DNA from: Mobula hypostoma
Taxonomy: Eukaryota
Assembly (NCBI RefSeq): GCF_963921235.1
Contig: NC_086109.1
Coordinates: forward strand, 6,946,001-7,010,000
DNA: 64,000 nucleotides
Direction of reading: 5' to 3'
In this document: positions 25,611 through 38,688 of the stretch, in pieces
Layout of the letters: each line of letters starts with the position of its first letter
Position numbering within the stretch: position 1 is the stretch's first letter
Program-made: the position numbers and the translations under genes
Notes under the pieces: model-generated
Told to the model about the DNA's origin: nothing
Databases searched by the model: none
The model's input: only the letters and a program-made list of their open reading frames with translations

Positions 25611-28140
25611 GAGTCCTCCAACCCAGCGGACTCCGCCTCAGGCTCACAGACACTGAGATTTGATTTCCGTAGTGGACTTGGGCTCTGGCCAATGGGCCTC
25701 AACTTCCAGATTTCTGATTCAATCCTCGGGCCTTGATCCTTAACATCATTGTCACTGTATAAGTCCTACCCTAGTCTCATTGCTCAGAATTAATCATCTC
25801 ATAAAGTGAGAGGGACAGACAAGGGGAAGTCTGAGTGTTTTCCACATTCCGTTCAGTGTAGAGATTACAGGGGCAAGCTGGGCACTGAGGCTGACCACAG
25901 CTTCGCACTGTGGGTGTGTTTGAAACCAGGAGGAGAAGCAGAAATAATTTTAAAATGCAGAAGAAGCAGGAGAATGAGATGTTGTTGGCAAAGGGAAGTG
26001 CATCTCCCGCAAAGGCTCAGCTGATGCAGCAGTTGGACTTTTGACTGTGAAACTAGAAAACGGGACCTCAGCTCCAGTGTCCGTGCTTCAGCTGGGCGCT
26101 CAAGGAAGGGGTGGCATTTCCACAGTAAACGTCAGCATTGCCTACAATTCTGGTCACCAACATCAGAGGGAAGATGGGATGGTACTGGAGAGGGTGTAGG
26201 GGAAGTTCCTGAAGCTGTGGGAATGATTGGATAGTTTTGGGGTAATTTCCTTTGGCATATCAGAGGCTGGCGGGAGACTTCATTGAGTTGTGTAGAATTA
26301 GGATGGACCTAGATAAATGGAAGGGTAGCAAGGTGGAGATACGTCTCTACCAAAGGAGGTGTAAGGCGCTCCTTCCCTCCGCTAGTCTGCTAGTCCCCCT
26401 TGGGCAAGGTGTAGCACCTGCTTAGCCACCGATCAGGGCCACGTGAAGCCGTGGGAGCAGGTGGTGGACGGTCGTATGACCAGCTGGTGCAGATCAGAAG
26501 TCCTGATTATGCGACCGCTGACACCAGGCAGACATTCTCTGAAGAGTATTGATAATGGCTGGGGTCACCCGTCTTGTAAAGACACTGCCCAGAAGAAGAC
26601 AATGGCAAACCACTTGCGTAGAAAATTTTGCCAAGAACAATCATGATCATGGAAAGACCACGATTGTCCACATCATACAGCGTCATTTTTCTACAGAAGT
26701 GGTTTGCCATTGCCTTCTTCTGGGCAGAGTCTTTACAAGATGGGTGATGATGTCAAACGACAGAGCACACAATTATGATGTCATACGACATGGCACATGA
26801 TGATGATGACGATGATGATGATGAGATTAATAGGAAGGACTAATTTTCACTGGAGGATGGTATGTGTGTGAACTCTCTGCCTGAAAGCATGGTGGAGACA
26901 GAAACCTTGTCACATTTATAGTTTCATAAACTAATACAGCATGGAAACAGACCATTCGGCCCATCTTATCATTGCTGACCAAGATGCCTATCTGGATTGC
27001 TCCTATTTGCCTTCATTTGGCTTATATCTCTCTAACAGTACCAGCTAAGAAGCTCTTGGAGGGTTGGGGTTTGGAGGAATACAGGGTGAATGCAGGAAAC
27101 TGGGACATGCTGGGCAGGCCTCGTGGTCAGTATGAACTGGATGGACCGAAGTGTGTGTACATTCTGAAATGGTCTATGACTCTAAACCCTACCCTATCCA
27201 TGTGCCCCTTTGGGTGTCTCTTATCTGCTGTGATTGTGCCTGTTTCTATCACTTTCCCAGCAGCTCAGTCTTACTTTGTGTGTAGTTTTTCACTGAATCT
27301 GTTGTATTTCTTACATCTACTATGAATGCCCGCAAGAAAATGAATCTTAGGGTTGTATATAGTGACATATACATACTTTGAAAATAAATTTACTGTGAAC
27401 TCTATCCACTGTGTGAAAAACTGACCACTGAGGTGCCTTTTAACTCTTTCCCCTCGCTCCTTATGTTTTCCAGCTCCAGATTGTTCTCCCTAGGGAATGG
27501 ACGACTATCTAAGCCCTTCGTAATTCTATAAACCTCCATAAGGGCACACCATAGCCTCCTCCATTTCAGAGCAAACACTCCCAGCCTACGCGACCATGAG
27601 ACTTTAAACATAGGAGCTGAATTAGGCCCCTCAGCCCATTGAGTCAGTTCCACCATTCCATCATGGTTGATTTATTATTCTTCTCAACCCCATTCTCCCG
27701 CCTTCTCCTCATAACCTCTGATGCCCTGACTAATCAAGAAACTATCAAGTTCCGCTTTAAATATACCCAGTGACTTGGCTTCCACAGCCGTCTGTGGCAA
27801 CGAATTCCACAGATTCACCACCCCCCGGCTAAAGAAATTATGTAACTCCAACGCTGTAGGCCGGGCAACATTTCTGTGAATCTTTTCCGCACCTTCTCTG
27901 GTTTAATCACACCCTCCCTACTGTGCTGTAACTGGAATCCCACGTAAAACTCCAAGCGTGGCCTCTCACTGTTTTGTACAGATACACCAGAAATCTCAAC
28001 CCCTTTACTAAGTGTCTCAGCCGGTGAAGTCAGGCACAGCACACATCCAGCAGCAGCAGAAGAAGCCTTTTGAATGGTACTCACGTATCTGTTTTTAAAC
28101 CCACCACCGGCAGGTCGATCCAGGCACCCACCACCCTGTG

Positions 28141-29952
28141 CAGGGCCGGACTTTAGGCAGGGCTAGGCTGGGCTGCAGCCCAGGGGCCTGAGCTGCAGAA
28201 GGGCCCAAAATAGGGGCCCATATCATCATGGCGGACAAAAAAAAAACAAGGATGGAGCACAGAAAAGAAAAAAAGAAACAAGAAAAAAAGGACCGTGAGA
28301 AAGAAACATTAAAAAAGACATTGACATTGACTGATTTTTTTACACCTGTTCTCGATGATCCATTGCTCTTGTCACAGTCTGAGACCAGTGGACAAATGGA
28401 GGCTTGTTCAACAGCTAGCGCTAGCACCAGCGTTAGCACAGGACCACCGTCCTTGCCACAGTCAGCAGCTAACGTTGAAGAGGCAGAGAGCATGACTTTG
28501 GGATTCCCGACCACAGAGGCCTCCGAACAACCAGGTCGGGCCGCCATTAACGTTAACGTTACCGCTACTGAGGATCCTTACAGCACTGATCCTGCTCGCT
28601 GGGGAAAGGAAACGCTAGATGATTCAGTCCGAGCATACTGGGCTACGAAAGGGCCGGAGTCCTGCCAGAATAAAGATTTGAATATCAAAGCTTTGGAACA
28701 CGTATACAAACAGCAGAGACGTTTTTTCTCCAAATTTCACTTCAAACGCAAGCTCGTAAATGGCGAGTACATATCAAGGCAATGGCTCTTATATTCCCTT
28801 TCCACCGGCCGTGTGTTTTGTTTTGCATGCCGCATCTTCAGTGATGGTGACTGTCAGTCCATCTTCGAAACTGGCTCTAGCGACTAGAAACAAACTGCTG
28901 AGCGCATAGGAGAGCATGAAAATAGCGAACACCACAGGAAAACGATACTGACCTGTGTTACACTAGCGTCTGACAGCGGAAGAATAGAACTGCAAAAACA
29001 GTTCGAGTCAGAGTGTGTCTACTGGACCGACGTATTGAGAAGAGTGTTTTTGGTTGTGAAGTTTTTGGTCGAGAGGGGACTGGCTATCCGAGGCTCCAGT
29101 GACATATTTGGCAGGCCTGATAACGGCAACTACATAGGCTCAGATCCACAATGGGACAAGTCAGGCTGAGTCATCTTACTCTGATGTCACTTGAAAGTGA
29201 TCTTGTTCAGAAACTGAATTTTAGTGATCTGATCAAGGACTTGGCTGTGAAGAAACCCAGAAGAACTAGGCTTTAATTTTGGAAAACAAGCATCTGACTT
29301 TGTAAATATCTAGGCTTGTGTGTCAGTGCTGTTCCTGTTTTTGTGGCAATAGGCTAATAGTTGACTGTTTACAAACTTAGTAAGTAATAAGTGGTCTTTA
29401 CTCTGCAAGCCACACAGCACAGCAATAGGTTAGTATGTGCTAGATCTCATTTTTCAAAAAGATTGTTGGAGTATTGTCAAGTTTCCTAGTTTGCCCCAGT
29501 GGCATCTCTCTTGGCCTTTTTGTCTCTCATTTCCACTTTACTTTCTCAGAACACACGGTTGAGAAAAACATCTAGTTAAAAATGCTTTGGCATTGTTTGA
29601 GAAATGAGGCCTATGGTATGTGCAGCAATAGCTAAATAAAGATTTAAGATTGGGTACATCACACTTTGTCTCCCTCATAACTTTACGAAGCCAACTAAGC
29701 CTACGTCAATTTTTGAGTGCTTAAGATGCTGTCCTTCAAACTAAGAATCTGCATTACTTTCTGTCCTCCCTCTTAAGGCCTGTAAGTTTATAGCCTACGT
29801 ATTGTATTAAACCAGTGTCTTGGTCCACAGCTTTGATATTTAGACCAGTACGACCTTTGCTCTTGTTCTTGCCTTGTTTTGCTTGGTACAGCAGCATTTT
29901 ACCGTGTCAGCAGGGGCCCATCAGGGCCTCCAGCCCAGGGTCCCTGGCCCTG
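28141..29952 (+). mobile_element. Internally deleted hAT DNA transposon (ZMYM1/TTF-zinc-finger type transposase remnant)
   Basis: Termini CAGGGCC and GGCCCTG. ORF from 28228 has RQWLLYS...VFCFACRIF, a TAG at 28885 in place of an expected Trp, then continues in frame HENSEHH...KFLVERGLAIRG...DNGNYIG. At about 29139 it jumps to the dimerisation-domain tail LRSTMGQVRLSHLTLMSLE...RR* ending at 29276. Confidence 0.85.
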
Positions 29953-32071
29953 CCCCCCACCCACCTCAAAGTTCTGGCCCCTCGTATTTGACATTTCAAC
30001 TCTGGGAGAAAGATTCCGACAGTCTGCCCTATCTGAGACTCTCAGAAGTTTATTAACCTCCCAGGTCTCCCCTCAGCCTCTGCTGCTGCTGCAGAGAAAA
30101 CAATTGGCTTGCCCTCTGATCCAGGCAACGTCCCAGAGGACCTCCTTTGAGCCCTCTGCAAAGTCTCCACATCCTGCCTGTAAATGGGGTGACCAGAACT
30201 GTAAAACAATTCAAAGTTCGGATAGGTACATGAATGGCAGGGGTACGGAGGCTATGGTCCCAGTGCAGGTCAATGGGAGTAGGCAGTTTAAATGGCTCAG
30301 CATGGATTAAATGGGCCAAAGGGCTTGTTTCTGTGCTGTACTTTTCTACGACTCTAATACACGAAGCGCAGCCTAACCAAAGCTTCAGACAACTGCAAAA
30401 TGACCCCCTGACTTAGACTCAGTGGCGGAGGAGAGCATGCCATACTTACTCCTTCTTTACCACCTTCTCTACAAGACGAAAAGAGGCATAGATCGAGTGG
30501 ACAGCCAGAGACCTCTCCCTCGGGCGGAGGTGGCTAATAAGAGACGCAATTTAAAGGCGTCTGGAGAAAAGTGTAGGGGGGACGGTAGAGGTAGGTTTTT
30601 TTTAACACACAGAGAGTGGGGAGTGGGTGTGTGGAACGCACTGCCGGGGGTGGTGGTAGAGGCAGATACATTAAGGATGTCTAACAGACTCTTAGACACA
30701 AGGATGAGAGAAAAATGGGGGGCGATGTGCGAAGGCTGGGTTAGACTGATCTTAGAGTGGGTTAGGAGGTTGGCACACATCATGGACTGACGGATCTGTA
30801 CTGAATGCGATGTTTGATGTTCCACGCTTTTCTTGCATTGCCGCTTTCTGGGAGGGATGGACTTGGACTCCAAGATCCCTCTGTACACTTGATCTGATTT
30901 TGGTTTGTTATTGTCAGACCTAGGGAGATACAGTGAAAAGCTTGTCTTGCATACTGTTCATACAGATCAAACACCATTACACAGTGCATTGAGGTCGAAC
31001 AATATAAAACAGGATGTGGATTACAGTGCACCAGCTACTGAAAGTGCAGGGCAGGTAAACAAAGAAGTGCAGGATCTTAAGAGGCGGACTGTGAAACTGA
31101 GAGTTTGTCTTATCGTACAAGAGGTGCATTCAGCAGTCTGATAACAGTCGGGTTTTCAGACTGTCCTTAAGCCGGGTAGTACGTGCTTTCATCTTTTGTA
31201 TCTTGTGTCTGTGGGGAGAGGGGCGAAGAGGAAATGCCCGGAGTGGCTGGGGTCATTCCATCTTTTCATTCCTAACTTACTTAACTACTGGATTTCAACT
31301 TCCTCAAGTTCAGTGTCTGACTGGACATTGGCTCATGGACACTATCTCACTACTTTTTTTAAAATTTCTGTTTCCAAACTTCTCTTAAACGTTGAAATTA
31401 AACCCACATCCAGCACTTACTCTGGCAGCTTGCTCCACACTCTCGCCACCCTCGAAGAGGAGAAGTTCCCTCTCAATGTTCTCCTTAAATATACCTTTCA
31501 CCCTCAACCCATGACCTCTCAATCTAGTTTCACTCAACCTTAGTGGGTGAAGTCTGCTTGGATTTACCCTTGAGTTTCCCCCCCCCCCATATAATTTTGT
31601 TTAGCTTTATCAAATCTTCCCTCATTCTCCTGCGTTCCAGGGAATAGTCATAACCTGTTCAATCTTTCCCTATAACTTAAGTCCTGGCAACAATCTGCTG
31701 GTCCTCCTAAGACATTTGGCAAGCTGATTATTGGAAGGCAGCCCCATGCAAATATCCTCTGTCAGGACTGCATTAACATTTTCAATTTCTGAGCAGGCCT
31801 CCCTTGATAATAATCAATTCTGAATGCCATTTCTTGATCATTTCCAATGAATGCTGAGAACAAGTTCTTCCTTATTGATAAAGACTTCATGCACACATTC
31901 AGAATCTTAATCTCAATTGCCTGGTTGCAAAGTAAGAAACAATGGCCATGCATTTTCATATTTACTGAAGTATGTTTCATCGTGGCGAGCTTTATTGACC
32001 AGCATTAAACTAGATTTATGTTTCTGCTTGTAATTATGTTTATATGCAAATATATGCTAATGTCTGGTCAC

Positions 32072-32717
32072 AAACAAGAGAAAATTTGCAGGTGCTGGAA
32101 ATCCGAGCAACACACACAAAATGCTGGAGGAACTCAGCAGGCCAGGCAGCATCTATGGAAAAATGTACAGTCGACGTTTCGGGCCGAGACCCCTCAGCAA
32201 GAATGGAGAAAAAAACGCTGAGGAGTAAATTTAAAAAGTAGGGGGGGGCAGGTGGGATAGAGAAATGCCAGGTGATAGGTGAAACCTGGAGGGGGAGGGT
32301 GAAGTAAAGAGGCCACACTTAGGTTGGAGGAGCAAGACCCTATATTCCGTTTTGGGTAGCCTCCAACCTGATGGCACGAACAACGATTACTCCAACTTCC
32401 GGTAATATCTCCTTCACCATTTCCCATCCCCTCTTCCCTCCCTCACCTTGCCCACCCATCACCTCCCTCTGGTGCTCCTCCCCCCTTTTTCTTTTTTCCA
32501 TGGCCTTCTGTCTCGTTCACAAATCAACTTCCCAGCTCTTAACTTCGTCCCTCTCCCTCCTGGTTTCACCTATCACCTGGTGTTCCTCTCTACACACCCT
32601 TTAAATCTACTCCTCAGCTTTTTTTCTCCAGTCCTGCCAAAGGGTCTCGGCCCTGAAACGTCGACTGTGCTTTTTCCCATAGGTGCTGCCTGGCCTGCTG
32701 AGTTCCTCCAGCATTTT
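32072..32717 (+). mobile_element. Penelope-like element 3' end: GIY-YIG C-terminal remnant, 3'UTR and hammerhead-bearing terminal repeat, preceded by an inverted copy of that terminus
   Basis: 32309-32405 reads EATLRLEEQDPIFR/GSLQPDGTNNDYSNFR* with one frameshift, like PLE endonuclease ends. A pyrimidine-rich UTR follows, then a mutated HHR motif at about 32628-32667. 32072-32305 is the reverse complement of the same terminus. Confidence 0.75.
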
Positions 32718-35700
32718 AGAAACATAGAAACATAGAAAATAGGTGCAGGAGTAGGCCATTCGGCCCTTCGAGCCTGCACCGCCATTTATTATGATCATGG
32801 CTGATCATCCAACTCAGAACCCAGCCTTCCCTCCATACCCCCTGACCCCTGTAGCCACAAGGGCCATATCTAACTTCCTTTTAAACATAGCTAATGAACT
32901 GGCCTCAACAGTTTGCTGTGGCAGAGAATTCCACAGATTCACCACTCTCTGTGTGAAGAAGTTTTTCCTAACCTCGGTCCTAAAAGGCTTCCCCTCTATC
33001 CTCAAACTGTGACCCCTCGTTCTAGACCTCCCCAACATCGGGAACAATCTTCCCGCATCTAGCCTGTCCAATCCCTTTAGGATCTTATACGTTTCAATCA
33101 GATCCCCCCTCAATCTTCTAAATTCCAACGAGTACAAGCCCAGTTCATCCAGTCTTTCTTCATATGAAAGACCTGCCATCCCAGGAATCAATCTGGTGAA
33201 CCTTCTTTGTACTCCCTCTATGGCAAAGATGTCTTTCCTCAGATTAGGGGACCAAAACTGCACACAATACTCCAGGTGTGGTCTCACCAAGGCCTTGTAC
33301 AACTGCAGTAGTACCTCCCTGCTCCTGTACTCGAATCCTCTCGCTATAAATGCCAGCATACCGTTCGCCTTTTTCACCGCCTGCTGTACCTGCATGCCCA
33401 CTTTCAATGACTGGTGTATAATGACACCCAGGTCTCGTTGCACCTCCCCTTTTCCTAATCGGCCACCATTCAGATAATAATCTGTTTTCCTATTTTTGCC
33501 ACCAAAGTGGATAACTTCACATTTATCCACATTAAATTGCATCTGCCATGAGTTTGCCCACTCACCCAACCTATCCAAGTCACCCTGCATCCTCTTAGCA
33601 TCCTCCTCACTGCTAACACTGCCACCCAGCTTTGTGTCATCCGCAAACTTGGAGATGCTGTATTTAATTCCCTCATCCAAGTCATTAATATATATTGTAA
33701 ACAACTGGGGTCCCAGCACTGAGCCTTGCGGTACCCCACTAGTCACCGCCTGCCATTCTGAAAAGGTCCCGTTTATTCCCACTCTTTGCTTCCTGTCTGC
33801 TAACCAATTCTCCACCCACACCAATACCTTACCCCCAATACCGTGTGCTTTAAGTTTGCACACTAATCTCCTGTGTGGGACCTTGTCAAAAGCCTTTTGA
33901 AAATCCAAATATACCACAGCCACTGGTTCTCCCCTATCCACTCTACTAGTTACATCCTCAAAAAATTCTATGAGATTCGTCAGACATGATTTTCCTTTCA
34001 CAAATCCATGCTGACTTTGTCCGATCATTTCACCGCTTTCCAAATGTGCTGTTATCACATCCTTGATAACTGACTCCAGCAGTTTCCCCACCACCGACGT
34101 TAGGCTAACTGGCCTATAATTCCCCGGTTTCTCTCTCCCTCCTTTTTTAAAAAGTGGGGTTACATTAGCCACCCTCCAATCCTCAGGAACTAGTCCAGAA
34201 TCTAACGAGTTTTGAAAAATTATCACTAATGCATCCACTATTTCTTGGGCCACTTCCTTAAGCACTCTGGGATGCAGACCATCTGGCCCTGGGGATTTAT
34301 CTGCCTTCAATCCCTTCAATTTACCTAACACCACTTCCCTACTAACATGTATTTTCGCTCAGTTCCTCCATCTCACTGGACCCTCTGTCCCTTACTATTT
34401 CTGGAAGATTATTTATGTCCTCCTTAGTGAAGACAGAACCAAAGTAATTATTCAATTGGTCTGCCATGTCCTTGCTCCCCATAATCAATTCACCTGTTTC
34501 TGTTTGCAGGGGACCTACATTTGTCTTTATCAGTCTTTTCCTTTTTACATATCTATAAAAGCTTTTACAGTCCGTTTTTATGTTCTCTGCCAGTTTTCTC
34601 TCATAGTCTTTTTTCCCCTTCCTAATTAAGCCCTTTGTCCTCCTCTGCTGAACTCTGAATTTCTCCCAGTCCTCAGGTGAGCCACTTTCTCTGGCTAATT
34701 TGTATGCTACTTCTTTGGAATTGATACTATCCCTAATTTCTCTTGTCAGCCACGGGTGCACTACCTTCCTTGATTTATTCTTTTGCCAAACTGGGATGAA
34801 CAATTGTTGTAGTTCATCCATGCAACCTTTAAATGCCTGCCATTGCATATCCACCGTCAATCCTTGAAGTGTCATTTGCCAGTCTATCTTAGCTAATTCA
34901 TGTCTCATACCTTCAAAGTTACCCCTCTTTAAGTTCAGAACCTTTGTTTCTGAATTAACTACGTCACTCTCCATGTTAATGAAGAATTCCACCATATTAT
35001 GGTCACTCTTACCCAAGGGGCCTCTCACGACAAGATCGCTAATTAACCCTTCCTCATTGCTCAAAACCCAGTCCAGAATAGCCTGCTCTCTAGTCGGTTC
35101 CTCGACATGTTGGTTCAAAAAACCATCCCGCATACATTCCAAGAAATCCTCTTCCTCAGCACCTTTACCAATTTGGTTCACCCAGTCTACATGTAGATTG
35201 AAGTCACCCATTATAACTGCTGTTCCTTTATTGCACACATTTCTAATTTCCTGTTTAATACCATCTCCGACCTCACTACTACTGTTAGGTGGCCTGTACA
35301 CAACTCCCACCAGCGTCTTCTGCCCCTTAGTGTTACGCAGCTCTACCCATATCCATTCCACATCTTCCCGGCTTATGTCCTTCCTTTCTATTGCGTTAAT
35401 CTCTTTTTTAACCAGCAACGCCACCCCACCTCCCCTTCCTTCATGTCTATCCCTCCTGAATATTGAATATCCCTGAACGTTGAGCTCCCATCCCTGGTCA
35501 CCCTGGAGCCATGTCTCTGTGATCCCAACTATATCATAATCATTAATAACAATCTGCACTTTCAATTCATCCACCTTATTACGAATGCTCCTTGCATTGA
35601 CACATAAAGCCTTCAGGCGCTCTTTTACAACTCTCTTAGCCCTTTTTAATGCTTGCCCTGGATTTGTCGGCCTGCCACTTTTACTTTTCCCCTTTGTACT

Positions 35701-35755
35701 TTTTGCTTCTACGCTCACTTTACACCCCTCTGTCTCTCTGCACTGGTTCCCATCC
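32718..35755 (-). mobile_element. Young 5'-truncated CR1 LINE with near-intact ORF2 (APE endonuclease plus RT)
   Basis: ORF 34342-35910 has VNARSI, GITETWL, GVVYRPP, MGDFN, SDHN. ORF 32814-34334 has [37 protein letters not shown]. One extra base at about 34352-34355 separates them. (TTTCTATG)n tail; TSD CATTTT at 32712-32717 and 35756-35761. Confidence 0.95.
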
Positions 35756-38156
35756 CATTTTGTGTGTTTTGTGAATATCTGGTATACTTTCATAGCCGTG
35801 TTTTCGTTTTCAAGTTTGTATTCACTTCTGTGTCGCCAGGTAGGCTCTTCCTTCCCGCATCTCTGAGAATATAGAATAGTGCAGCACAACAGAGGCCACT
35901 CGGCCCACAATGTTGTGCTGACCTTTTAGCCTGCACTAAGCTCAGTCTGAGTCTCCATTTTTCTATCATCCATGTGCCTATCTCAGTGTCTCTTCAACGG
36001 CCCTAATGTATCTGCCTCGACCACCATCCCGGCAGAGTGTTCCACACACCCGCCATTCTTTGTGTAAAGAACTTACCTCTGACATCGCCCCGCTATGTGT
36101 GTTACTGTCCATTATGCCACTGGCGTTTAGAGCGGCAATGAAGGTCCTCCATCTCTGGCGGTGTTCAGGGCTTCCTTCATCATGTCAGTAGCTTCCCGTC
36201 AGTTTTCACTGCCGTCAGTCATGCAAGTGCCTGGTGGAGACTTGGGAACACCCTCAAACTCGGATGCATTGCTGTTTCCATAGCAATTTAGTTTGACCAG
36301 TCAGGGTTGTTTGCCTTGAACTGAACCCCCTATCCTGGAGGACCGCTGGGTCGCTCTTAGTCTGGCCTCTACCCTTTGACCTGTTTGGCATGGGTGACCC
36401 TACCAAGAGCCAAAGCACAAAGCCCTGACTCCAGCCAGCATAGCTCTCCGGGTCACTGAGGCACGCAAGCCTCCAAACCGCTACTGGGCTGTGGTCCTCT
36501 TGAGGATCCCACCCCCTATACTTTCTTCCAATCAACGTTCTGCCCCGTCTTCCTGGAATTAGTATCCTGAGCAGAGGATGCAAGGAGATTTGGTGATCTG
36601 CAGCTTCCTGGCTATTCAGGATGGTGAAAAGCCAGTCAGAAAGGGCTTCCCCCAGGGACTTGGATGGACAGAGGAGGGAGTTCACATGGGGAATGGGTAG
36701 GGCGTGATGTGGGTTGAGGGGCAGGGAAGTCGGTCGGCCACATCTTTGGGTGTGGGGGGGAACGTGCAAACTTCACACAGTCAGCGTCCAATGTCAAGAC
36801 TGAACCCAAGTTGCTGGATCTGTGAAGCATCTGCACTACCCTCTGCGCCAGCGGTGCCATCCTGTTCCGGCTAGGAGGTGGAGGGTGACGCGGAGCGTGG
36901 GGTTACTTTTGTGTGGACTTCAGGTGTGATCTTGATAGAGTTATAGAACACAACAGCTTAGAAACAGGACCTTCGGCCCATCTAGTCCAAACTGTCACTG
37001 TCCCAACAACCCGCACCAGGACCATAAGACCTCTATACGCCACCTGTCCTCGTATTTACCCAAACTTCTCTTAAATATCGCAACTGAACCCACATCCACC
37101 TCTTCCGCTGGCAGCTCATTCCACACTCCGAGTGAAGAAATTCCTCCTTAAATATTCTACTTTTCACTCTGAACCCATTGTTCAAGTTTAATTGTCTATT
37201 ACCCATACATGAATACTGCCAAACGAAACAACATTACCCTAGTCACCTCTCATTCTAGCCTTACCCAGCCTCAGTGGAAGAAACGTGCTTGTGTTCAGAG
37301 GCTGACAGATGGGGAGATTTGAGTAAGACGACGGACGGGTGAGCTCTCTCTCTACAGAGACAGTTAAATGTGCTCGTCAAGGAGCAAGGATGGACAGCTT
37401 GTTATCGTTCAGACACTTTTTGGAGACCTCAGTGCGTTGGAAAATAAATGGCCATAATAGCTTGGCAGCAAGCCCAGCTTCCTTTCGCCCACAGACAGCA
37501 ACAGTTAAACAAAAGGATTGGGAGGATGTTTTTTAATGCGGTAACACCCTGTCTCACAAAGCGTGGCTGGCTGCTTGGTGTCAACAAGCAAGCACAATCA
37601 CTGGCACAAAGTTCCCCTGCTTTTTGGCCTACATGGGTGGACTGCTGTGCAGGTCACGCTGCAACCCCAGTTGTTCGTAGGCGCACTGTGAAAGTGAAGT
37701 GCCAGCAGCCTTGAGTCTACAGAGCAAAGCACGAGACACTGGAGGATCCCGGTGGCTTATGAAGTGTGGGCAGTTGACGTTTCGGGTCGAGACCCTATAT
37801 CTGAATTACAGATGATCCTAGCTTCGGGTTCTGGCTGTGTGGAGTTTACATGTCCTCCCTCTGTGAGATGATCCATTCTAGTTAGCCCCCCCCCACCCTG
37901 CCAAACCCCTTTCTGTCTATTACGTCAACCACTGCACTGCAGAGTAAACACTTTAAACCACTGTTTATACTGGTGTTTACATTGTAAACACAAGCTGATA
38001 TTTATGTATCTATGCACGTTTTATTCCATATCTGTACTTTAACCTCAAACTTTATTCTTCATATAATTCTTTGGTCTTTATAATTGTTGAAAGTTTTTTG
38101 TTGCATGTCATTGCTTGACCAACACACTGCAGCAAATTCCTAATGCACGTAAATAG

Positions 38157-38688
38157 ACACCCAGTGGCCACTTTATTAGGTACCTCCTGTAATGTGGCCC
38201 CGTACTGCTGCTGTAGCCCATCCACTTGAAGGTTCAATGTGCTGTGCATTCAAAGATGCTGTTCTGCACACCACGGTTGTAATGCATAGTTATTTGAGTT
38301 CCTGTCAACTTGACCCTGTCTGGCCATTCTCGTCTGACCTCTCCCATTAACAGGGTGTTTTCACCACAGAACTGCCGCTCACTGGATAATTTTTTTTCAC
38401 ACCGTTCTTCCTGACCTCTAAAGACTGTTATGCGTGAAAATCGCCCGAGATCAGTAGTTTCTAAGATACTCAAGGCACCCTGTCTGGCGCCAACAAACAT
38501 TCCAGAGTCAAAGTCACTTAGACCACCTTTCTTCTGCATCCTGACATTTGTTCTGAACAACAACCAAATCTCTTGACCATGCCTGCATGCTTTTATGCAT
38601 GGAGTTGCTGCCACACGATTGGCTGATTAGATATCTGCATTAACGAGCAGGTGTGCAGGTGTACCCGATAAAGCGGCCACTGCGTGCA
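38157..38688 (-). mobile_element. Non-autonomous Tc1-like element with TIRs and transposase N-terminal remnant
   Basis: TIRs CAGTGGCCACTTTATTAGGTAC (38162) and GTACCCGATAAAGCGGCCACTG (38661-38682). Minus peptide MQKKGGLSDFDSGMFVGARQGALSILETTDLGRFSR resembles a Tc1 paired-like HTH. Confidence 0.75.

Noticed and set aside
28228..28887. Host ZMYM1-like gene
   Set aside because: Intronless, bounded by TIR-like ends, with a premature stop and internal deletion: a transposon remnant.
35756..35910. N-terminal extension of the 522-aa CR1 ORF
   Set aside because: Lies outside the TSD; chance read-through from flanking DNA.
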